This document shows positions 1 through 9,566 of a DNA stretch of 64,000 nt, in pieces (the first letter of the stretch is position 1; the number at the start of each line of letters is the position of its first letter). The DNA is taken from the IMG/VR virus record IMGVR_UViG_3300027733_000033, one strand, 5' to 3'. A program made the translations under genes and the position numbers. The stretch comes from a virus. Under the pieces are notes generated by a model. That model was not told where the DNA came from. It made no database searches and saw only the letters and a list, made by a program, of their open reading frames with translations.

Positions 1-1
1 A

Positions 2-1552
2 AAGGCTGAATCGGTTAAACCAGAATCTGCTGTTCCATCAACATCATTAGATGAAGCCGAGCATAAAGACAGTAACACTAAGTCTCAAGAAGAAATCGAC
101 AATTTTAAATTTCAAGAAAACCTACTTAATCAAAATAAACAGCAGTTAGACATATCCAGTAAACAATATAAAACCTCTGATAAACAATTAAAAATTCAAA
201 CCAAAATATATGAAATTTTACAAAGATTTGAAAGTAAAGGTTTTGGTGGAGGAAACAACAAAAATGATGATTCAGTATTTGATGATTTTTTAGGCGGTGA
301 AAAAAGAGACCGAACCCCTAAACGAAATCCTACAAGAACTTCTAGAAGAAACCCAAAAGGAAATATATTAAAACGTGGAGCAGCTAATGTTGCGCGTGTA
401 GTAGGAGGTATGGCGGTAGGTGCGGCAACAGCTGGTAAAGCTGTTCTAGAGTCCGGTAAAGCCGCTGTTGGTGCTATTGGGGCAGCTGCTAAAGGAATAC
501 CAACTAAAGCCGTAGAGCTTGCCGAGACTGCTAAGGGTTCTGTGTCAAAGGTAGCAGGTGCAGCTAAAACTGGTGTTGCTAAAGTAGTAAAATCTGAAGC
601 GTTAAAAGATACAGGTAAACTGATATCAGAATCTATAGCAAAACGCCTACCGAAAGCCGCATTGAAAGCCGCTGGAAAATCTATCCCAGGAATAGGTGCA
701 TTAATAGGATTAGGTGCTGCTGCTGTCTCATTAGCTGAAGGTGATAAGGTAGCCGCCGGATTAGAAGCTGTCAGTGGATTAGGTTCAGCGGCAACTGCTA
801 TTCCTGCTACAGCGGCATTAGTCGCTAAAGAAGTTTATGAAGATGTTTACGGAATTAAACCGGAAGAAGACCCAGAAGCTGGAACCAGATTAACTGAAGT
901 CAAAAACCAAGTTTGGGAAGAGATGAAAAAGTTAACTGGCACTGAAGAACCAAAAGCTGAGGAAACACCTAAAGAAGACACGGGTAAACTATTAGAAGGA
1001 ATTAAACCGGAAGATAAACCAAACGCTGATACTGCGCAAACAACAGAAGCTACGGTAAACGGTCAACCGGTAAAGGCTGAACCTGCAACAAAAGATTACA
1101 ATACTGAGTTTAAGAAGGTTGAGGAAGAACGAGTCAAAGCCGCAAAACAGTTATCTGAATCATCAAATACTGAAGAAGATATAAAAATCTTTAAAGAACA
1201 ATTAAGTAAGGTTGAAGATATGAAAGTTAACCTACTTGCTGAAAGGGATAATAAGCCTAAAGACCAAATTAGAAAAATGTTGGAAGATAATGAAGACCCA
1301 ACGACTGCTAGATTTTATCAATTAAAACCTACTGCCGAAAAAGTTGATTCATCAAGAGAATTAATTAAAGCAAGTACAGAGTCTGAAGATGCTAGAATGG
1401 CGGCGGGTAATAACGGTGATTCTGGTACGACTATTATATCACCAACAACGATAACAAACTCTAATCAAACTAATGTAGTAAGAAAGGATGTTAAAAATAA
1501 TGATGGTTCGTTAAACCGGTTGTTTGATAGCCGATACAAATTTAATTCATAA
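2..1552 (+). CDS. Partial (5'-truncated) baseplate hub/tape-measure-like protein (T4 gp29-like position and composition)
   Basis: Frame is open from base 2 to the stop at 1552, so the ORF-track start at 410 is internal. Ala/Gly-rich block KSIPGIGALIGLGAAAVSLAEGD and C-terminal TTIISPTTITNSN are typical of T4-like hub/tape-measure proteins. Confidence 0.55.
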   Translation, partial: KAESVKPESAVPSTSLDEAEHKDSNTKSQEEIDNFKFQENLLNQNKQQLDISSKQYKTSDKQLKIQTKIYEILQRFESKGFGGGNNKNDDSVFDDFLGGEKRDRTPKRNPTRTSRRNPKGNILKRGAANVARVVGGMAVGAATAGKAVLESGKAAVGAIGAAAKGIPTKAVELAETAKGSVSKVAGAAKTGVAKVVKSEALKDTGKLISESIAKRLPKAALKAAGKSIPGIGALIGLGAAAVSLAEGDKVAAGLEAVSGLGSAATAIPATAALVAKEVYEDVYGIKPEEDPEAGTRLTEVKNQVWEEMKKLTGTEEPKAEETPKEDTGKLLEGIKPEDKPNADTAQTTEATVNGQPVKAEPATKDYNTEFKKVEEERVKAAKQLSESSNTEEDIKIFKEQLSKVEDMKVNLLAERDNKPKDQIRKMLEDNEDPTTARFYQLKPTAEKVDSSRELIKASTESEDARMAAGNNGDSGTTIISPTTITNSNQTNVVRKDVKNNDGSLNRLFDSRYKFNS

Positions 1553-1554
1553 TG

Positions 1555-1591
1555 AAAGACCCGAAACCTTAGCCGGAATCGGGTCTTTTTT
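1555..1591. terminator. Intrinsic terminator between convergent genes
   Basis: AAAGACCCGA...TCGGGTCTTT stem followed by a T-run. Confidence 0.85.
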
Positions 1592-1803
1592 GTTATATCT
1601 CATCACCGTGAATCCATTCATAACGATGATTCAATTTTACGATTGATAATAAATTTATACATTGAAGCGCTACCGTAGTGACAAACCACCAATTATAATA
1701 TGAGTTGATTGCCATAAATACAATAATAGCATTTAGCACTACACTTAGAACAACCATTGAGCGAATTTTTAATTTTAATAAATTTTGTTTGTTTGAAACC
1801 ATA

Positions 1804-2508
1804 TTATTTCCGATGTCTAAAACTTTGTTTAAGGTCAAACCCATGAGCAAGAATTTTGTCTTTATTTTCAATTTCTACGGGCGGTTTAATATCAGGAGAT
1901 CCTCGCATAACATTACCGATAAAATATGAGATGTCCTGAAATAGTTTATCTGCTGGGTAAATAGAAGCAAATCCAAGTTCAGATAAAATTGGAGCTTTAT
2001 ATTTAGATTCGTTAGACTCACCAATAAATAACATTTCGCCAAACCCTGTGTGGTCAAACCAAAACACTGGAGTATTTAATTTGGCATGAATACTGGTTAA
2101 CTCTTTAACAAAGTTTGCATTACCTACTAAGTCTTCATACGAACGTTTTTTTCTAAAACCATGTATATCTTTAGGAAAGAAAACGTCATATTGTTCGCGG
2201 GTAAAAACTTTATATGGAGAATTGGCATACATCAACCTTTCTCTGTATACCAAATACAAAACACCATTGACTGAAAGCCATCTGTAATTTGAGCTTTTTT
2301 CGTTGCCAATACTAAAAAGTTTGTTATCTAATGCATATTTATATTCTCTGACCAATCCTAATGTTTCCTTTAGAATAGATTTAGTTTCATCATTGTTAGG
2401 AATAGGCTTTCTGTTAAAAACGATTTTCTCATCAACGCCATATTGGTGAGCAAGATAATCATAATAATCTTTAAAGTCGCTGATAATTTTCATTAATATT
2501 TTTCCCAT
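1804..2508 (-). CDS. Hypothetical phage protein
   Basis: 234-aa ORF; MKIISDFKDYYD start and KILAHGFDLKQSFR end resemble a recurring phage family. Confidence 0.7.
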   Translation of the reverse strand: MGKILMKIISDFKDYYDYLAHQYGVDEKIVFNRKPIPNNDETKSILKETLGLVREYKYALDNKLFSIGNEKSSNYRWLSVNGVLYLVYRERLMYANSPYKVFTREQYDVFFPKDIHGFRKKRSYEDLVGNANFVKELTSIHAKLNTPVFWFDHTGFGEMLFIGESNESKYKAPILSELGFASIYPADKLFQDISYFIGNVMRGSPDIKPPVEIENKDKILAHGFDLKQSFRHRK

Positions 2509-2726
2509 AATACTTTATTGTGGAAAGTCATCATATCGATAGCTAAATCTTCTGCGTTCAGATTATATAACTTGCCAAAGGCATAAGGCTTTAGATGGTC
2601 AAATTCTGCTAACAAATCTTTAATTTTATCAAGGCGTTCTTCGCTAGAATTAATTTCATCATCAAACTTCATCAACAATCTGCCTAATGTTGGTCCGATA
2701 TGATTATAAAACATTGTATCAGACAT
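2493..2726 (-). CDS. Hypothetical protein
   Basis: 77-aa ORF within a tightly packed minus-strand run. Confidence 0.6.
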   Translation of the reverse strand: MSDTMFYNHIGPTLGRLLMKFDDEINSSEERLDKIKDLLAEFDHLKPYAFGKLYNLNAEDLAIDMMTFHNKVLWEKY

Positions 2727-2927
2727 TAGTAGTTCTCACAATTTCTTGTTGAATCACAACCCATTCCATCAATTCTTTTTGGGTGTTGGTTTTAGCCTGC
2801 ATAGGTTCAGGTTTAGCGCCGGCGGTTTGTAAAGTTTTTTCTAACACAGATTTAAAATTCATTTAACACCTCAATTTTTAAGTTCAAGGAATTATACCTT
2901 AATTTTAATTTAAAGTAAAGCTTTATT

Positions 2928-3083
2928 TTAATTTATCTCTTCATATTGGTAAGTTGTTCCACACCCATTACATACGTGCCACTCATAACCGGCGGGTGGA
3001 TTAATATCATAATGGAACATATTTGAGCCACAATCACATATGAATGTTTCGCCGTTAATTTTTAGGAAGTGTGTTTCGTTCAT
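2928..3083 (-). CDS. Small zinc-ribbon protein (not in ORF track)
   Basis: Manual translation MNETHFLKINGETFICDCGSNMFHY...VCNGCGTTYQ; CxC and CxxC motifs. Confidence 0.6.
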   Translation of the reverse strand: MNETHFLKINGETFICDCGSNMFHYDINPPAGYEWHVCNGCGTTYQYEEIN

Positions 3084-3313
3084 TACTCGACCCATCCCAT
3101 GAGCACATCAAACTCTGAATATTTTTGATAGACCGGTTTAAGCGTTTCAGAAAAATATTGGACAGTTTTTACATAAAACTTATCAGAATCATTAATTCTT
3201 AGTTTCTCATTGAGTTCTTTAACCGTTTTAAACTCAAACGATGATTTAACTTTAACAACACCATTAACGGTATCTCTGTTACAAATAATATCTCTGTATC
3301 TAAATATTGACAT
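3083..3313 (-). CDS. Hypothetical protein (true start MSIFRY)
   Basis: AGGAG RBS upstream of ATG 3313; the longer start overlaps the neighbouring gene. Confidence 0.6.
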   Translation of the reverse strand: MSIFRYRDIICNRDTVNGVVKVKSSFEFKTVKELNEKLRINDSDKFYVKTVQYFSETLKPVYQKYSEFDVLMGWVE

Positions 3314-3326
3314 GGTATTCTCCTGA

Positions 3327-3989
3327 TTAAGCGTAGATAGTGTTGTCGATGTATTCGTAGTGAACCTGTTTGCCATCAAGATCCGAATAGACCTCGCGAA
3401 GTTTACCTTTAATTTTTCTGCCAGGCTCAACTTTCCATTTAACTCCAGGAGAGTAAAAGAATTCTGCGGTATCACTATCTATACCAGAATTAACGATTTT
3501 ATTCCACTGACGAGCATCGCTCCATTTCCATACAGAATTAGTAGGCGTTTCTCCTTCTTTAACTGCGACAACAATTTTACCACCTTCCGGAACCAATTTT
3601 GAAATAGCTGTATTTTGAGTTCTAGACAGCATGCAGTAAAGGTAAGCAACCTCAACGCCATTTTGAACCCAGCTTTTACCTATAGAGCAGTTGCCACCGA
3701 AAAGTTGGTTAAACTCTTCAAACAAAGAAGTTTCGATTTTGTATTTACCTTTGATAACAGACGAACGGTTATCGTCTTCATCATATGGTAGGTATTGACC
3801 GCCCATATAAACTTGTTCTCCCCATTGATACCCATCGCAAGGCGCATGAAAACGACCATCTTTACCGATGGTTGGCGCAACGCCGGCGCTTTCAACAAGA
3901 GATTTAAATGCGTTCTCACGACGAGTATCGTAAGCAGAAACAGCGGTTTCAACAGCAGCTTTGATAACAGAAAAAGTTAATTTAGACAT
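3327..3989 (-). CDS. Hypothetical early protein
   Basis: 220-aa ORF directly downstream of a promoter cassette with GGAG RBS. Confidence 0.75.
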   Translation of the reverse strand: MSKLTFSVIKAAVETAVSAYDTRRENAFKSLVESAGVAPTIGKDGRFHAPCDGYQWGEQVYMGGQYLPYDEDDNRSSVIKGKYKIETSLFEEFNQLFGGNCSIGKSWVQNGVEVAYLYCMLSRTQNTAISKLVPEGGKIVVAVKEGETPTNSVWKWSDARQWNKIVNSGIDSDTAEFFYSPGVKWKVEPGRKIKGKLREVYSDLDGKQVHYEYIDNTIYA

Positions 3990-4127
3990 AATATACGCTC
4001 CGAAAATTAGGATTTAAGTTCAATTTATAGATTCTATTATACTACTATTTTTGTAAAAGTAAAGCTTTTTTTAAAAATAATTTACATTGCGTCAAGGTGT
4101 AAATTCATGCTCATTATAAAGCTCCAA

Positions 4128-4304
4128 TTAAATTAATTCAACAAGGTCTTCATCTGCTTCTAACGTTAGTCCAGATTCCAGATAGGTATCGCCTACATTA
4201 TTAACATCACCAAAAATATAATTGGTTCCATTTTGAACGCGCTTAACTGTAATGATATTTTTACCATCTCTGGTTCGGTATGATTTATTTGTTTGCAGTT
4301 TCAT
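4128..4304 (-). CDS. Small hypothetical protein with YRTRDG motif (not in ORF track)
   Basis: Manual translation MKLQTNKSYRTRDGKNII...DEDLVELI; resembles the N-terminus of 57788..58252. Confidence 0.55.
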   Translation of the reverse strand: MKLQTNKSYRTRDGKNIITVKRVQNGTNYIFGDVNNVGDTYLESGLTLEADEDLVELI

Positions 4305-4665
4305 TATCTTTCAACCCGTAATGTTCTTTAATAGCAGCATCAACATTTTTTGCCACAGTTCTACCGGCTTCATAATTGACTTCATCTTCAACATAATATA
4401 GAACATCCTCTATAACCAGTTTTACAAGTTTAGCCATTTGTTCTTCAAATTCTTCATTTTCATCAACTAAGGATTCGTCCCATCTTTTAATCAATTTTTC
4501 AATTTCAGTTTTCATCATTTTCTCCGTTACAATTTTGTTTTTAAGTTTATATATCTGACATTCTAACTGTTTAATATAAACATATATTGAATGTGGTACT
4601 TTAAAATGCTCTGATAATTTAGTTTCTAAATTTGTACAACATATAAAATATGAGGATGCCATCAT
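4285..4665 (-). CDS. Hypothetical protein
   Basis: ORF overlapping its neighbours in an operon. Confidence 0.55.
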   Translation of the reverse strand: MMASSYFICCTNLETKLSEHFKVPHSIYVYIKQLECQIYKLKNKIVTEKMMKTEIEKLIKRWDESLVDENEEFEEQMAKLVKLVIEDVLYYVEDEVNYEAGRTVAKNVDAAIKEHYGLKDNETANK

Positions 4666-4889
4666 TCAACTCCAAAATGGTTTCTAATTCTTTTTGCGCA
4701 TTCATCCACAATAAATCCATCTATTGTACCATAGTGTTCAGTTTCTGTTGCAGACAAACATTGACTAACACATTCTTGAATAATCAACTCAGCAAACTTT
4801 TCAACGTCTCGAGTCAAGTTAGAAGTATTCCATCCGTCATCATCAAGTAATTTAACTTGGTATGCAATTTCTTTAATTTTATCTTTCAT
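4662..4889 (-). CDS. Hypothetical protein (KFAELIIxEC family)
   Basis: EKFAELIIQECV motif is shared with 38915..39343. Confidence 0.65.
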   Translation of the reverse strand: MKDKIKEIAYQVKLLDDDGWNTSNLTRDVEKFAELIIQECVSQCLSATETEHYGTIDGFIVDECAKRIRNHFGVE

Positions 4890-4901
4890 AATTCTTTCTC
4901 C

Positions 4902-5207
4902 CTATAGTTTAGCAAGAGCATTTAATACTCTTTTTGAACCACCAGATTTATTCATAACAAATAAACCTTTAGACATCGCAGATACGGCACCAATACCGCC
5001 GCCGTCAGTTCCCCAAATGCTACCAGGAGAGGTTTGTGGCAATAAACCAAGAATAGAGTAGTATTCCATATCAGCGGTTACAAATTCTTCTCTGCCGCTA
5101 ATAGGTTTTTTGATGGTCAAAATAGAACCGCGAACTTCAACAGTCCAGCCTAAACGAACAGCGGTTTCTTTAATAGAAAGGGCAACTTCTTTACTCATCT
5201 TACACAC
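4902..5207 (-). CDS. Hypothetical early protein
   Basis: ORF behind a promoter cassette; GSIWGTDGGG motif. Confidence 0.7.
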   Translation of the reverse strand: MCKMSKEVALSIKETAVRLGWTVEVRGSILTIKKPISGREEFVTADMEYYSILGLLPQTSPGSIWGTDGGGIGAVSAMSKGLFVMNKSGGSKRVLNALAKL

Positions 5208-5220
5208 TCCAAATAATTTA

Positions 5221-5281
5221 ATTACGGTTTAACTTCATTACGATCTATTATACTATGTTTTATAAAAAAGTAAAGCTTTTT
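5221..5281 (-). promoter_or_regulatory. Repeated early-promoter cassette, class 1 (representative copy; about 12 copies in window)
   Basis: Minus strand AAAGCTTTACTTT-N-AGTATAATAGATCGTAATGAAGTTAAACC: -35 TTTACT, -10 TATAAT, conserved leader. Copies near 4020, 5225, 26020, 26725, 41060, 42095, 53990, 55875, 57235, 59695, 61445 and 63210. Confidence 0.9.
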
Positions 5282-5310
5282 TTTAATTATTTTTAAATTT
5301 ATTTTAGGCA

Positions 5311-5352
5311 CAAAAAAGCCGCTCTACCAATTAAGATAGAGCGGCTTTTTTG
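5311..5352. terminator. Bidirectional terminator, duplicated at 5856-5891
   Basis: AAAAAAGCCGCTCTA-ccaattaaga-TAGAGCGGCTTTTTT. Confidence 0.9.
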
Positions 5353-5366
5353 TTGTATGATTTGTG

Positions 5367-5825
5367 TTATTTATTATTGAATTTATCAGCTAAATTTTTC
5401 AATCTAAGTTCACCATCTTCTTTGCTGATTTTGCCTGTATTTACGGCATTTTTTATGCCCCAAGATTTAACTATAGCGCCGGTTGCTGAATTTTGAAATT
5501 CTTTATGTGCTTTTTCTTTAGCCAATGTTTCTTTTTCTTTTCTTTGTTCATCTGCAGTTTTTCCAAATTTATCACCTACAGTTTCAACTCCAAGTTGTTT
5601 AGCCAACGTTTCCGTCATACCTACAACCATACCATTTTTGATGGTAATTTTATTAGCATCAACTCTTGATTCCTTAGGGAATTTTGGGTGGTCAATAGAA
5701 TAATCACCCCAATCTGGGTCTTTTGTTGCTTTTAACGGCGTTACTATTTGTACATTTCCCTGTTTCAATTTAACGGGGTTGACTTGTTCATTTAAATGTC
5801 CAGTAAATTCTTTATAACTTAACAT
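5367..5825 (-). CDS. Putative internal head protein with capsid-targeting-like N-terminus
   Basis: GGAGG RBS before ATG 5825; MLSYKEFTGHLNE; TAAATA late-promoter-like site upstream. Confidence 0.65.
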   Translation of the reverse strand: MLSYKEFTGHLNEQVNPVKLKQGNVQIVTPLKATKDPDWGDYSIDHPKFPKESRVDANKITIKNGMVVGMTETLAKQLGVETVGDKFGKTADEQRKEKETLAKEKAHKEFQNSATGAIVKSWGIKNAVNTGKISKEDGELRLKNLADKFNNK

Positions 5826-5909
5826 ATATTCCTCCATAAAATATTATTTAAAACAAAAAAAGCCGCTCTACCAATTAAGATAGAGCGGCTTAACTAATCC
5901 TTAAAAGGA

Positions 5910-6839
5910 TTATCCGGCGGCGGCAATTCTAGCAAAATATGCCATTACGTCTTCATCGTCATCGTCAGACTTTGAAGCCGCAACAGGCGCTGGAGCTGAC
6001 GCAGTCATATAAGATGAAGCAGATTCAACCTTAACCGGCGCTTCAGCGTAAGAATTAGTCATAGAGTTCGCGTTAGGTACAGCTGGCGAATCAGGATTAA
6101 TAACTGAATTTAATTTTCTAGATAATTCTTCATAAGTTTTAAAGTTAGAAGGCGCTAAAAAGTCATTCAGCTGATATTGTGCATTTACAGCAGCAACAAG
6201 TTTGGCTTCGTCACCACCGAATAATTCGGATGGTTCAGCAAAAACTGATTGGTCATAATTAGGATAACCTTCAACGGTACGGATACGCAATTTAAAATTA
6301 GCGCCTTCCCATAAATCAAACACATTCACTGGTTTATCATCAGCAAAGGTTGGTTTTGCTTTATCCATAATTTTGTCAAAAATCTTTTTACCAAATTTAA
6401 AGATAAACACTCTGCCGTTATTAGCAGGATTCGCTGGATCGTCAAGAACTACGATATTTGCAAAGTATTGTAGGCGGCGTTTTCTAGCACGCGCCAACTC
6501 TTTATCCTTTTCATTACCGGTATTCCATAATGCAGAATTAGCCATAGAAACGGGATCTTCCTGACCAATAGTGGTTAATGAATTTTCAATAAACCATTTA
6601 CCGGTTGGTCCTTGAAAACCATGATTATAGATTTTCACCCAAGGTAAATCATCACCCTCTTTTTTAGGTAAAAAACGAATAACAGCTGAACCGTTGCCAG
6701 CTTTATCACGAGTCAACTTCCAGTAACGTTCATCATCACTATTGTTAGTTTGTGGATTAACGATTTTTTCCATTTCAGCGGTAATAGCGCCGAAGTCAGC
6801 ATTACGCATTTTTCTTAAAGATTCGATATTGATTGTCAT
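5910..6839 (-). CDS. 32: Single-stranded DNA-binding protein (T4 gp32)
   Basis: DERYWKLTRDKAGNGSAVIRFLP, HGFQGPTGKWFIENS, KFGKKIFDKI, acidic C-terminal tail. Confidence 0.97.
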   Translation of the reverse strand: MTINIESLRKMRNADFGAITAEMEKIVNPQTNNSDDERYWKLTRDKAGNGSAVIRFLPKKEGDDLPWVKIYNHGFQGPTGKWFIENSLTTIGQEDPVSMANSALWNTGNEKDKELARARKRRLQYFANIVVLDDPANPANNGRVFIFKFGKKIFDKIMDKAKPTFADDKPVNVFDLWEGANFKLRIRTVEGYPNYDQSVFAEPSELFGGDEAKLVAAVNAQYQLNDFLAPSNFKTYEELSRKLNSVINPDSPAVPNANSMTNSYAEAPVKVESASSYMTASAPAPVAASKSDDDDEDVMAYFARIAAAG

Positions 6840-6920
6840 ATTATTTCCTTTATTTACGATAGATTACGATGTATTTACGATTAGTCAACTGCCCTAACTT
6901 TCATATTATACGTTAATACA

Positions 6921-7502
6921 CTATGAAAGTAAACTTGATTGTCGATAAACATTTTTCAGTTTATCTAAATCATATTCAACGAATCCGGACAGTTTTTTGA
7001 TTCGAAGAAATTCTTTTTGAAACATTGGATATTCGATATCCAAAAACCCAAACATTTTATTTAATATGTTCATGGTTTCAATAGTAATAAAGCCGCCCAT
7101 AAACATTCTGAACGTTAATGGTATTTCACCATCTTTAAATTCAAACAGGTTTGTTTCACCTTTATCTAGTTCCCATTCAATTTTAGCAAGATCGTCTTTA
7201 AAGACGTTAGTCAAGCTTTGTTTACGTTTTAGAAAAAGTAGGTAATTATCAACGCACCCATCATCAATGGCATAAATAAAATTAGGATACCCATAAGCAA
7301 TATTAGCCGCCGTGAACTGGATAACTTCCATGTCAGATTTAAAGTATTTGCTAACAGCTTCAAACAATTTATAATCCTTTCTGCTCAGATATGCCGAATA
7401 GCTTGTTTTTGTTTTACCCTTATTAGCAAACACATCATAATTATTTGACGTGAAATGTAGCTTTATAGAACTGTAATATTGATAAATCTGATACCCGTTC
7501 AT
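6921..7502 (-). CDS. 59: Helicase loader (T4 gp59)
   Basis: YxxIKLHFTxxNYD...RKD motif; position between gp33 and gp32. Confidence 0.85.
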   Translation of the reverse strand: MNGYQIYQYYSSIKLHFTSNNYDVFANKGKTKTSYSAYLSRKDYKLFEAVSKYFKSDMEVIQFTAANIAYGYPNFIYAIDDGCVDNYLLFLKRKQSLTNVFKDDLAKIEWELDKGETNLFEFKDGEIPLTFRMFMGGFITIETMNILNKMFGFLDIEYPMFQKEFLRIKKLSGFVEYDLDKLKNVYRQSSLLS

Positions 7503-7741
7503 TATACGTCCAGAGTAGCAACTTTAGGCAACATACCGTTTGCGACAAATTCGTTTTCTAGTTTACCCCGAATAGAGCGATTAAGCATAGGCACAACATC
7601 TACTACATCAAGATAATGCTCTTCGCAATATTCGAGGATAATATCTAGCACAGGTTTTTTAGTTACAGCTGATTCAGTTTCAATAAAAATTGAGAATTCA
7701 TTAGATGTTTTAAACATAAGTTCTCCATTACAAAAATACAA
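7502..7741 (-). CDS. 33: Late-transcription coactivator (T4 gp33)
   Basis: FSIFIE...LDIILEYCEE...KLENE; synteny. Confidence 0.8.
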   Translation of the reverse strand: MYFCNGELMFKTSNEFSIFIETESAVTKKPVLDIILEYCEEHYLDVVDVVPMLNRSIRGKLENEFVANGMLPKVATLDV

Positions 7742-7772
7742 TTATAACTTATTTTAGTCTAAAAGTAAAGCG

Positions 7773-8258
7773 TCACGCCCGTTCTCTATAAAACCCATGT
7801 TGCCCGACTTTAGTTACTAAGGCAATTCTCATTTGTTTGACGTATTTAAGTTCGTTATCTTTAAAGAAAAACAACGAGCCTTTTGATACATCTCTAAGTT
7901 CATGATTATAAATCATTCTGGCTAGGTAATAACTGTCAAATCTTTCTTTTCCCGTTTTAGGGATAGGCGGTAAATTCATACATGCCCATGAGAATTGACA
8001 AATTAGCCTTCCATGTTTATGTCCCTTTTGGTGAACCACTTCACATACAGTTTTTGGAAAGGATTTATGACGTAACCGGTTCATTACCACTTGACCGACT
8101 AGGACTTTACCTACCAATGGTTCGGAACGAGATTCTCTAAAGATCGCGTCCCCCAAGCAATTGATTTCTGATTCAAGAAATTTACTTTCTTCATGTTTAG
8201 CGTAGACTGCTGTAGTTGACGATAACACAATTGCTGCTGATAATATTAGTTTTAACAC
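7773..8258 (-). CDS. SleB-like cell wall hydrolase (Hydrolase_2)
   Basis: Signal peptide; CLxxAIFRESRSE, VVMNR, FPKTVCEVVHQ, CQFSW, GQHGFY. Confidence 0.9.
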   Translation of the reverse strand: MLKLILSAAIVLSSTTAVYAKHEESKFLESEINCLGDAIFRESRSEPLVGKVLVGQVVMNRLRHKSFPKTVCEVVHQKGHKHGRLICQFSWACMNLPPIPKTGKERFDSYYLARMIYNHELRDVSKGSLFFFKDNELKYVKQMRIALVTKVGQHGFYRERA

Positions 8259-8365
8259 AATTATTTTTCCTATTAGTTCAGAGTAAGCCGTACAACAATT
8301 AAGCTTACTCTTTACCCAAATCAGTATATAATGTTCTTACTGGTAATTTGGATTTGGTTATTTTC

Positions 8366-9019
8366 TCATTGACCAGTTGCTTTCCTAAAATCATCCCGAC
8401 ATTGTTTAGCGGATAACAACCAATTTTTAACAGGTTCCACGAATACTTGTGGATTCTCATCATCAACCGATATTAAAATAACAATTTGGTTTGCCGATAA
8501 GCCTGTTCTTTCTCTAAATGCTAAACTGTAAAAAGCCGCTTGTTGAAAATAGTTTGTGATCCATTCTTTACGTTTCAATTTCCCTGACGTTTTAAAATCA
8601 ATTACTGATAAGACGCCATTATAGTCTGCTATACAATCAGCAGTACCCGCTACCTCTAACAAATCAGAATATAATCTGAGTTCATTACCGTGAATATTAT
8701 CAATAGAATCTAGTAGAGGTTTCATAGATCTCCATGAATCTAAATCAAAATCTGACGGCGTTATCTCTTTATTGTTGAGATAGTCCTCGCATAAAGAATG
8801 GATTCGTGTGCCCCGATTAGAAGCACGTGCGGATATTTTATCAGCTTCAGCATGTCCTACCTTATTCCTCCATTCGTTGATAGCACCCTTGGAAGCATGA
8901 GATGTCACCGAAGTCACTGAAGGATAACGTTTACCCTCCGGTGTTTGGTACCATCTTGAGCCGTTAACGTTAACCCGTGTCAACTGCGTTATTTCAGGAT
9001 GTGCTATATGTGTTTTCAA
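8366..9019 (-). CDS. PD-(D/E)XK exonuclease (Cas4/RecB-like)
   Basis: YPSVTSV, RGTRIH, AGTADCI, IDFKTS, QxAFY. Confidence 0.88.
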   Translation of the reverse strand: MKTHIAHPEITQLTRVNVNGSRWYQTPEGKRYPSVTSVTSHASKGAINEWRNKVGHAEADKISARASNRGTRIHSLCEDYLNNKEITPSDFDLDSWRSMKPLLDSIDNIHGNELRLYSDLLEVAGTADCIADYNGVLSVIDFKTSGKLKRKEWITNYFQQAAFYSLAFRERTGLSANQIVILISVDDENPQVFVEPVKNWLLSAKQCRDDFRKATGQ

Positions 9020-9303
9020 TTTAACCTACTTTTGTCAAAAACTGCTTCAAAATTAACTGTCTTAATATCAATGACAGAATAAATAACGATTTCAGTTGCA
9101 ATATCTTTAATATGAGAAAATGTCAAATAAAGTTTTCGTAAGGCGTTAATCAATGCGTCTTCATCTTCAGATAAAAACTCTTCATTGCCTTGATACGTTA
9201 TCTTATCATTTTTCATAATTTCTTGAATAACAAAATCCTTATCACAACCAGGAATATCATTATTATAATATATTGACATGACAAAGTAAAGCGGTTTTTC
9301 CAT
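9016..9303 (-). CDS. Hypothetical protein
   Basis: ORF within operon. Confidence 0.55.
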   Translation of the reverse strand: MEKPLYFVMSIYYNNDIPGCDKDFVIQEIMKNDKITYQGNEEFLSEDEDALINALRKLYLTFSHIKDIATEIVIYSVIDIKTVNFEAVFDKSRLN

Positions 9304-9319
9304 AATATATAATCCCTTT

Positions 9320-9565
9320 TTATAGTTTAGCTGTTCTGTCTAAACATGAACCTGCGGTTCTGGAATGAATCTTATTCAATACTTCTTTGAATCCACCATC
9401 TACCTTTCGAGTAGCATCAAGTCGGGTTGGATCAATAACTTTTGGCGTTCCAATAACAACATCCAGTTCAGGGTGCTCAAGTTTGTATGCGTCTAATTTG
9501 CTGATAGACATAAACACTTCAATTGTTTCAGCAGTTTCTTTGTTCTTAAAAGTATAGAACGGCAT
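9320..9565 (-). CDS. FmdB-like small regulatory protein
   Basis: MPFYTF...GFKEVLNKI pattern common in T4-like phages. Confidence 0.65.
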   Translation of the reverse strand: MPFYTFKNKETAETIEVFMSISKLDAYKLEHPELDVVIGTPKVIDPTRLDATRKVDGGFKEVLNKIHSRTAGSCLDRTAKL

Positions 9566-9566
9566 A

